DNA of 64,000 bases from assembly GCA_002724575.1 (NCBI GenBank), contig PBPC01000073.1, forward strand, positions 3,170 to 67,169. The letters are read 5' to 3'. A model generated the notes under the pieces. It did no database searches. It saw nothing but the letters and a program-made list of their open reading frames with translations, and was not told the origin of the DNA. This document shows, piece after piece, positions 57,543 to 64,000 of the stretch. A program made the position numbers and the translations under genes. Source of the DNA: Gemmatimonadota bacterium (GTDB lineage: Bacteria > Gemmatimonadota > Gemmatimonadetes > Longimicrobiales > Gaopeijiaceae). Every line of letters begins with the position of its first letter. Position 1 is the stretch's first letter.

Positions 57543-58843
57543 CTGTGAAGCTTCATCTTAATTTGGTGATCTCTGTGGTTTGGCTAATGTGGACAGCTTT
57601 ACCAATCTGGTCTCAAGTAACAAATGAACTGCAGATAGAGTCTGTTGATGGAAGCGTCCAGCTTGTTGGATTGGACATTGGATATGGCTTCGCGACTGTC
57701 CCTATGACGCTATTTGAAGGACTCGGTTGGTCAACAATGGAAGTTGGTGATTTTGTCGTGCTTGTAGGGCCAGAAGAGATCGAAATAAAGCTGGGTCATA
57801 GAACCCCGTTTTTCAGATGGAATGACCAAATTCTTCAGTTCGTTGACACCCCCTACCGAATTGAGGGAGAAACATACATCCCTCTTCAACTTCTAACTGA
57901 CTTTTTCCCCAAGCGTTTGCCGACACTTTACGCGTTCAATGAAGTCAATTTCACAATCCAGGCTGCAGATCCTACCGCATTGAGAGGAGATGTGTTCACC
58001 GAAGTGAAGCCTGGGGATGGAGTGTCAAGCTTGGACACACTGTCGTCTCCTGATCCTAGTCCTAACCCCAATCCAGATTTGACAACTAGAGAGCAATCAA
58101 GCTCAGAGCCAATTCCGGATCTATTAAAAGAGCAAAGGCGTGTCGTCGTTATCGATCCTGGACATGGGGGTGGAGATCCTGGTGCCTTGGGACCTCAAGG
58201 ATTGAGGGAAAAAGATGTCGCTCTTGCGGTTGCCAAAATAATGGCGGACCTACTCCGCCGTGAAAAAGGAGTCGACGTTTACCTCACACGCAGCGAGGAC
58301 AGCTTCGTCCCGCTTTGGGAGAGAGGGGAACTGGCTACTCAATGGAAGGGAGAAAACCCTGGGGTTTTCATATCAGTGCATGCCAACTCTGTGCCGGAAA
58401 GACGCTCAGTCCGTGGGTTTGAGACATACTCTCTCAACGTAGCACGAACCGAGCACGAGAGACGTGTTGTAGCAATTGAGAACGCCCCATTGCAAGTCCA
58501 AGGGCAAAATATTGATCCTGACTCGGACCCAGAATTCGCCTTTCTTCTCAGAGATCTTAGTAACTCTGGCCACCAGCCTTGGTCGGTAGAACTGTCTAAG
58601 ATTGTGCAAGAGGAGATAGGGCGGTTTCATCCCGGCCCGGATCGTGGCGTCAAACAAGGCCCATTAGCAGTTCTTACAAATGCGCTCATGCCATCGGTTT
58701 TAGTTGAGGTTGGATTTCTATCCAATGAGGATGAGGGGCCGCTATTAGGACAAGATCAGTTCCAAGACGAGACTGCTCGAGCCGTGGCACGTGCGGTCAT
58801 GAACTTTTTTGATCGCTATCCACCCGGAACTGGCGAGAACTGA
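57539..58843 (+). CDS. N-acetylmuramoyl-L-alanine amidase (Amidase_3 family), exported
   Basis: VVIDPGHGGGDPGALG, ISVHANS, a Pro/Asn-rich linker, and ATGA overlap with smpB. Confidence 0.88.
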   Translation: MTVKLHLNLVISVVWLMWTALPIWSQVTNELQIESVDGSVQLVGLDIGYGFATVPMTLFEGLGWSTMEVGDFVVLVGPEEIEIKLGHRTPFFRWNDQILQFVDTPYRIEGETYIPLQLLTDFFPKRLPTLYAFNEVNFTIQAADPTALRGDVFTEVKPGDGVSSLDTLSSPDPSPNPNPDLTTREQSSSEPIPDLLKEQRRVVVIDPGHGGGDPGALGPQGLREKDVALAVAKIMADLLRREKGVDVYLTRSEDSFVPLWERGELATQWKGENPGVFISVHANSVPERRSVRGFETYSLNVARTEHERRVVAIENAPLQVQGQNIDPDSDPEFAFLLRDLSNSGHQPWSVELSKIVQEEIGRFHPGPDRGVKQGPLAVLTNALMPSVLVEVGFLSNEDEGPLLGQDQFQDETARAVARAVMNFFDRYPPGTGEN

Positions 58844-58845
58844 AA

Positions 58846-59826
58846 GTGATGAGGCTGGAGACCGAGGCTTTGGGTGTTCGCCTCCAGAACCCTTTTTTTC
58901 TAGCATCTGGTACTTGTGGATTTGGTCTAGAATTGGCCGAAGTCGTGGACATTGAGGCACTAGGTGGCTTTGTCACCAAGTCAGTTACACTTGAGCCCCG
59001 GGTTGGAAATGCTTCGCCGAGAGTGGCTGAATTCAAAGGTGGAATGCTCAACTCCATCGGATTGGCTAACCCTGGGCTTGAGCGGACCAAACGGGAAAAG
59101 CTGCCCTGGATTCGTGACAATATCTATCGACCGCAAGTATTGGTAAGTATTGCTGGGCACACTGTTGCTGAATTCTTCACACTCATAGAGGGTCTCGATT
59201 CAGAGGATGGCTTCCTTGGTTTTGAAATCAATCTGTCTTGCCCCAACGATGCTGAGAGGGAGGGAGAACTGTTTGCCCTTAATCCTTCGGCTGTTGCGGA
59301 GATTATTTCTGGCTGTCGTATCCGGACTGAGCGTCCTATCGTCGCAAAATTAGCTCCTAACGACCCTGATTTATCTAAGACGGTTCAGATAGCCACCGAA
59401 GAAGGAGCAAATGCACTAACATTAGTGAATACCCTTCCACGAGCTTTACTGGACATTTCAGATGACGTACCAGAACTCGGTGCCGGGAATGGCGGGATCA
59501 GTGGTCCGGCACTTCGGCCTTTAGGACTAGATGCTGTGCGGGAAGCTAGATGCGCTACCCATCTACCCTTATTCGGAGTTGGGGGAGTCATGACAGCAAC
59601 CACCGCAGTAGAATATGCTCGTGCTGGAGCTGCTTTGGTCCAGATGGGCACAGCTTCCTTTGCGTGGCCGCGCGCGGTTACAGAAGCGATAGCAGGTTTG
59701 ATACAATGGGGGATAGAAAACCGAGTTAGCTCTTGGAACGATCTGGTTTCTAGGCCACCGTCCACAAATGCCTCGGTTAATCGATTAGACCTCTTTGATT
59801 CCATCGAATCCTCAGGAGAAACCTAG
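58846..59826 (+). CDS. pyrD: Dihydroorotate dehydrogenase, class 1 (Cys active-site base)
   Basis: LQNPFFLASGTCGFG, GFEINLSCPN, GGISGPALRP, GVGGVMT. Confidence 0.9.
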   Translation: MMRLETEALGVRLQNPFFLASGTCGFGLELAEVVDIEALGGFVTKSVTLEPRVGNASPRVAEFKGGMLNSIGLANPGLERTKREKLPWIRDNIYRPQVLVSIAGHTVAEFFTLIEGLDSEDGFLGFEINLSCPNDAEREGELFALNPSAVAEIISGCRIRTERPIVAKLAPNDPDLSKTVQIATEEGANALTLVNTLPRALLDISDDVPELGAGNGGISGPALRPLGLDAVREARCATHLPLFGVGGVMTATTAVEYARAGAALVQMGTASFAWPRAVTEAIAGLIQWGIENRVSSWNDLVSRPPSTNASVNRLDLFDSIESSGET

Positions 59827-59828
59827 GA

Positions 59829-60530
59829 ATGGGTAGTGTCATAGTTGCTCTAGACTTTCCTCGGGGCGATGAAGCTCTCGGCCTGGTTGATGATCTCGGA
59901 GAGGCGGGAACTTTCTACAAAGTCGGTCTTCAGCTTTATACGGCAGAAGGCCCTAGTGTGGTCCAAGCATTAAGAGATAGAGGTAAACGTGTTTTCCTTG
60001 ATCTTAAATTACATGATATCCCGAATACTGTGGCCAGTGGGGTCCGTGTGGCTTCCCAGCTTGGCGTTGATTTTCTCACTCTCCATATAGTCGGCGGGCG
60101 CGCGATGTTAGAAGCTGCTAGTGACGCAGCTGGTGAGACACGCTTGTTAGGTGTCACGGTTCTTACTTCGCTAAGTGCTGCTGACTTGGAGGTAACTTGG
60201 GGCCGGAACAATCCTTCCGTACTGGAGGAGGTCGGACGCTTAGCAGATCTAGCGGCTCAGTACAGAATTCATGGAGTAGTAGCTTCGCCGCATGAAGCTT
60301 CTTCAGTTCGGTCTAGGGTTGGGCCCGAGTTCCTGGTTGTGACCCCCGGTATTCGCCCTGCAGGGGTCTCGCATGATGACCAACAACGGGTAGCCACCCC
60401 ATCGGCTGCGATAGCCGCAGGAGCGGACTATCTAGTTGTTGGCCGGTCGATTACTCGTGCGAGCGATCCGGAAGCCGCATTGTACTCCATCCTTAAAGAA
60501 GTTGATCTGGCGAATTCCAATGACGGATGA
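59829..60530 (+). CDS. pyrF: Orotidine 5'-phosphate decarboxylase
   Basis: IVALDF, FYKVGLQLY, VFLDLKLHDIPNTV, LVVGRSIT. Confidence 0.93.
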   Translation: MGSVIVALDFPRGDEALGLVDDLGEAGTFYKVGLQLYTAEGPSVVQALRDRGKRVFLDLKLHDIPNTVASGVRVASQLGVDFLTLHIVGGRAMLEAASDAAGETRLLGVTVLTSLSAADLEVTWGRNNPSVLEEVGRLADLAAQYRIHGVVASPHEASSVRSRVGPEFLVVTPGIRPAGVSHDDQQRVATPSAAIAAGADYLVVGRSITRASDPEAALYSILKEVDLANSNDG

Positions 60531-60557
60531 TTACCCAGTACAACTGGAGCAGTTCGG

Positions 60558-61991
60558 ATGAGCCTGAAGGTCTACAATACCGCGACGAGATCAGTCGACG
60601 AGTTTGAACCGTTAGAGCAGGGTAGGGTCCGAGTTTACGCTTGTGGACCAACAATTTATGACCACGCGCACATCGGGAATTTCCGCTCCTTTTTGTTTTT
60701 TGATCTGGTACACAGGTATCTGGAGTGGTGTGATTACGAAGTATGCTTCGTGATGAACCTCACAGATGTTGATGACAAGGTTATTGAGGCAGCTTCGCGA
60801 GAGAGTGTTTCCTTAGAAGAACACACCCGTCCCTTTGGAGAAGTATTTCTTGCGGACTCAACGGTTCTGGGGATCCGACCAGCGGACGTATACCCGCGAG
60901 CGACCAAATACATTGAACGCATGGTTGACTTCATAAAACGCCTGGTAGCATCTGAAAATGCGTACTCGGCTGATGACGGAGCAGTTTACTTCGCGATCGA
61001 CAGTTTCTCAGCATATGGGAAACTGAAAGGTATTGATACTTCCACGCTCAAGGTCGGAGCACGGGTCGATCATGATGAATATGATAAGGAAGACGCTAGA
61101 GATTTTGCATTATGGAAGGCTGCGACTGAGGAAGATGAGACCGTTGGTGCAGCCTGGAATTCCCCGTGGGGTAGGGGGCGGCCTGGGTGGCATCTTGAAT
61201 GCTCAGTAATGAGTGTGACAGAGCTTGGAGATACCCTCGATATGCATCTCGGGGGGGAGGATCTGATTTTCCCACATCACGAGAATGAAATCGCTCAGTC
61301 TGAGGCAGCAACAGGCCAGCCTTTCGTCAGAAACTGGCTCCATGTGAAACACCTTTTTGTTGAAGGCCAGAAGATGTCAAAGTCTCTTGGTAACTTTGTG
61401 ACTCTGAGAGAATTGTTGGACGAGGGCTATGATCCCGCTTCAATCAGGCACCTCTTGATTTCCTCCCACTATCGTGGTGAGCTGAACTTCACACGTCAGG
61501 GCTTGCAAGCCTCCGCTTCTGCAGTCCAGCGCTTACTTGATTTTGAGCATCGTCTTGAGGAAGTGCCAATAAATGATTTAGCCGAAGAATCACAGCTCCC
61601 TGATCTAGCACGGAGTGCACTAGACTCGTTTAAGATGGCGATGGATAATGACTTTAATTCTGCTGACGCCCTTGCCGCGATTTTTATTCTGGTCAGTGAA
61701 GTGAATGCTGAACTTGATTTGCGTCCTGCTGTAATAGGAGCTGATAGAGACCAGGCACTTAATGCTTTACGATCGATGGACGGAGTGCTCGGGCTCCTAG
61801 AAGTGGCGCACACTTCACGGGTAGTGGATGATGAGGTCACTGCGTGGGTTGAGCGAAAACTTGAGGAGCGAGCCAACGCTCGAGCGAATGGAGAGTATGC
61901 AGCTGCGGATGTGATCCGAAAGGAACTGGAAGAGAGGGGTATCCTAGTAGAGGACGGTCCGGCAGGAACTCGTTGGAAAGTGGTCGGATAG
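60558..61991 (+). CDS. cysS: Cysteine--tRNA ligase
   Basis: VYACGPTIYDHAHIGN (HIGH), PGWHLECS, GEDLIFPHHENE, KMSKS. Confidence 0.96.
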   Translation: MSLKVYNTATRSVDEFEPLEQGRVRVYACGPTIYDHAHIGNFRSFLFFDLVHRYLEWCDYEVCFVMNLTDVDDKVIEAASRESVSLEEHTRPFGEVFLADSTVLGIRPADVYPRATKYIERMVDFIKRLVASENAYSADDGAVYFAIDSFSAYGKLKGIDTSTLKVGARVDHDEYDKEDARDFALWKAATEEDETVGAAWNSPWGRGRPGWHLECSVMSVTELGDTLDMHLGGEDLIFPHHENEIAQSEAATGQPFVRNWLHVKHLFVEGQKMSKSLGNFVTLRELLDEGYDPASIRHLLISSHYRGELNFTRQGLQASASAVQRLLDFEHRLEEVPINDLAEESQLPDLARSALDSFKMAMDNDFNSADALAAIFILVSEVNAELDLRPAVIGADRDQALNALRSMDGVLGLLEVAHTSRVVDDEVTAWVERKLEERANARANGEYAAADVIRKELEERGILVEDGPAGTRWKVVG

Positions 61992-62045
61992 AAAGCTTCT
62001 TCCCTTTGACCGCGTTCCAGCCCTGCGTAGCTTTTCCGGGGTAAT

Positions 62046-62118
62046 GCTGGCGTAGCTCAACTGGTAGAGCAGCTGATTTGTAATCAGCAGGTTGGGGGTT
62101 CAAGTCCCTTCGCCAGCT
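62046..62118 (+). tRNA. tRNA-Thr (anticodon UGU)
   Basis: Hand-folded cloverleaf: acceptor GCTGGCG/CGCCAGC, D arm GCTC-AACTGGTA-GAGC, anticodon arm GCTGA-TTTGTAA-TCAGC, T arm GGGGG-TTCAAGT-CCCTT (two G-U pairs), discriminator T. Confidence 0.92.
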
Positions 62119-62190
62119 TAGTTGGAATGTTAAGCCTCACGAGCAGTTACAAGCTTGCGGGGCTTTCTCTGTTTACTCATGGGAGGTTGA

Positions 62191-62307
62191 ATGGAATTCT
62201 TAGACCAGGTGTGGCAGACAAATATCCTGCTCGTAGTGCTATGTGGAATTCAGGTCTTGATCCTCCTGGAGATGTATGCTCGTGCAAAGAGAGAGGACGC
62301 AGAATGA
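62191..62307 (+). CDS. Candidate small membrane protein (38 aa)
   Basis: GGGAGG at 62181-62186, 4 nt, then ATG. The product is MEFLDQVWQTNILLVVLCGIQVLILLEMYARAKREDAE, with one TM helix and a basic/acidic tail. It is below the track's length cutoff and in a different frame from track ORF 62127..62327. Confidence 0.35.
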   Translation: MEFLDQVWQTNILLVVLCGIQVLILLEMYARAKREDAE

Positions 62308-62389
62308 GCTTCGATATGGGTTTTTAATTCTCCCTATCCCGGTGACACCAAATCATAAGAAGACCTTGAACGAGGAAGATGGTGCCCCA

Positions 62390-62512
62390 TCATTGGTGGG
62401 ATAGCCCCCACAAGGTGAATTCTAGTAAGTACACAACTGGGGATACCACAGCGAAGAGCACACCAAGTCTTCGACGGTAAAGGCCAAAGTGCGGATTATC
62501 AGGGTTCGTCAT
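62390..62512 (-). CDS. Candidate small membrane protein (40 aa) directly downstream of the BNR-repeat gene
   Basis: AGGAG, 6 nt, then the ATG at 62512. The product is MTNPDNPHFGLYRRRLGVLFAVVSPVVYLLEFTLWGLSHQ, an RRR motif followed by one TM helix. It starts 15 nt after the upstream stop. Confidence 0.35.
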   Translation of the reverse strand: MTNPDNPHFGLYRRRLGVLFAVVSPVVYLLEFTLWGLSHQ

Positions 62513-62527
62513 GTCACGCTCCTCTTA

Positions 62528-64000
62528 TCAGCTAACCAGTCTACCTCGTCTTGGCAGAACAATTGCGGGAAGTCCAAGCCGTTCCACTGTGTTGTTGAAA
62601 CGCTGCAATTCATTTTCTAACAGTTCTAGATAGCGTGAATGTGCAATATCCCACTCGTCAATTAAAACGCTGAGCCGTTCGGTTGTTCCCTCGTGGGGCG
62701 CACCTTCTGCGCCACCGTATATGTAACCGTCCGTTCCAGTTATGCGCCCATACAACTCAAGCCACTGGTTATCGAGGCGAGGCAAGAATCGGATCGGATC
62801 TTGTGCGGAGCGGTTGTTTGGTTGCATCAGATCTTCAGTGATACTAGTGGACTTGTTGTTGAGCGTATCCCCTAATTCCTGAAGTACGTCGGCCTGTCCT
62901 ACAGATTCAGCCCGATCCATCACCCCTTGAACCTGCTCCCGGATGGTAGCGAGGTCTTCAATGGCACGAGAGATAGAGTTGATGGAATCTCTTACTTCAA
63001 GAGCGATTCGAAACTGCTCCTGATAGCTTGATAAGGTGACATCGGGGATCCGAGGGTCAGGCAATAGCTGGAAAGATTGCTCCTGTACTTGCTCACCTAT
63101 GGTCATCCGAACTCTATAGGTGCCTGGGGGTGCGACTACTCCGCCTGTATAACCCCATACGACTGCGCTTTCTGGCATCTCAGGACCCGGGTAAAACATC
63201 TGCCATGCTAGGCGATTTAATCCTGGGGATTTATCAATTTTCTGTCCGCTGCTTTCCTCCGCAGTGATTGAGTCAGATGAAAATGTGTGTGCAACCTCTC
63301 CGCGGTCGTCCACCACCTCAATGCGAACCTCTTCATTTGGCTCTTGAGCGAGGTAATAGTGGATCAATGCACCAGCCGGGCGCGGATCTGGTGTCAATTC
63401 AGCCATTGAGGCTGCGCCCAGGTTAGTGAGGCGGACTGCAGTCCGGGGCTTGAACAGGTAGTTGTCACTCTCAACAGCGGCACCGATTTCACGGATTGGG
63501 CTAATGTCGTCTAAGATCCAGAACGATCTTCCCTGTGTTGACAGGATTAGATCATCATGGGCGATCCTCATCCCGGTCACGGGTGTTATGGGTAGGCTAT
63601 TCTGGAAACTTTGCCAGGTGCTGCCACCATTTAAGGTCACAAAGACCCCAAACTCCGTGCCAGCAAAGAGTAACCCCTCATGTTCCGGATCTTCCCGAAC
63701 TGTGCGGACCGGATAGTCTTCGGGTATACCATCGACGACGAGCGTCCAGGATATGCCATAGTCATCTGTCCGGAAGACATATGGCCTGAAATCGTCAAGT
63801 CTGTACCGCTGCACAGCGATGTACGCCTGCCCTGGATTATGTGTGGATAGTTCTATTTCATCGACTGTTCCTAAGGCTGGCATTCCTTCTGGAGTGATGT
63901 CAGTCCACGTCACTCCACTGTCACGTGTAATGTGAATTCGGCCATCATCACTTCCAGCCCAGATCTCATCTGGTGTGAACGGAGACTCGCTGATCGAAAA
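62528..64000 (-). CDS. BNR/Asp-box repeat (sortilin/VPS10-like beta-propeller) protein, C-terminal part (the gene runs off the right edge)
   Basis: The frame stays open upstream of the track's GTG at 63913: ...FSISESPFTPDEIWAGSDDGRIHITRDSGVTWTDIT. Asp-box motifs are SxDxGxTW (RDSGVTW, TDDYGISW, LNGGSTW). Confidence 0.8.
   Translation of the reverse strand, partial: FSISESPFTPDEIWAGSDDGRIHITRDSGVTWTDITPEGMPALGTVDEIELSTHNPGQAYIAVQRYRLDDFRPYVFRTDDYGISWTLVVDGIPEDYPVRTVREDPEHEGLLFAGTEFGVFVTLNGGSTWQSFQNSLPITPVTGMRIAHDDLILSTQGRSFWILDDISPIREIGAAVESDNYLFKPRTAVRLTNLGAASMAELTPDPRPAGALIHYYLAQEPNEEVRIEVVDDRGEVAHTFSSDSITAEESSGQKIDKSPGLNRLAWQMFYPGPEMPESAVVWGYTGGVVAPPGTYRVRMTIGEQVQEQSFQLLPDPRIPDVTLSSYQEQFRIALEVRDSINSISRAIEDLATIREQVQGVMDRAESVGQADVLQELGDTLNNKSTSITEDLMQPNNRSAQDPIRFLPRLDNQWLELYGRITGTDGYIYGGAEGAPHEGTTERLSVLIDEWDIAHSRYLELLENELQRFNNTVERLGLPAIVLPRRGRLVS

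Noticed and set aside
62127-62327. Track ORF of 66 aa (+) after tRNA-Thr
   Set aside because: It has a non-ATG start directly abutting the tRNA, no SD, and a Ser/Gly/Arg-rich sequence with no structure. A different frame contains a better SD-preceded hydrophobic mini-ORF (62191..62307).

Overview
This is a 64-kb chromosomal segment from a diderm (Gram-negative-type) bacterium. By eye it is about 50% GC and very gene-dense. I call about 58 protein genes and 2 tRNAs: tRNA-Lys(UUU) and tRNA-Thr(UGU). I saw no rRNA, CRISPR array, transposase, integrase or phage genes. The phylum cannot be determined from this window. A fused E1 alpha/beta gene, DUF2723, PD40-rich outer-membrane proteins and patchy Shine-Dalgarno (SD) use are reminiscent of FCB/Gemmatimonadota-type genomes, but that is only an impression.

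Most content is housekeeping or core metabolism:
- rplS-rnhB and leuA-leuC-leuD
- class II ribonucleotide reductase nrdJ
- pyk-(MBL hydrolase)-pgi
- smpB-amidase-pyrD-pyrF-cysS-tRNA-Thr
- coaE, nrnA, fur, speB, ccdA, ggt, murQ, rocD, yggX, a dksA/traR-like gene and rnd

A recurring theme is exported amide and peptide hydrolases: two M28 peptidases, a penicillin/AHL-acylase family protein, an M19 dipeptidase, a lipoprotein amidohydrolase, GGT, a nitrilase and a peptidase-MA/PD40 protein.

I did not find a clear known defence or mobile system, and I cannot point to an unambiguous novel multi-gene system. The best candidates for follow-up are:
1. A 1028-aa exported protein that fuses an HExxH peptidase-MA-like domain, PD40 propeller repeats and an Omp85-type barrel, with no obvious POTRA domains.
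2. An orphan strong intrinsic terminator, an SD-preceded Leu-rich mini-ORF and a competing helix upstream of leuA, which together look like a candidate attenuator.
3. The nrdJ leader, which has a near-consensus promoter, phased NrdR-box-like palindromes, a periodic CCACAA repeat and a leader terminator.
4. A translationally coupled membrane-protein trio followed by a CoaE-PHP fusion.
5. Two SD-preceded single-TM mini-ORFs that fall below the ORF-track length cutoff.

Both window edges cut genes that the ORF track misses or truncates.
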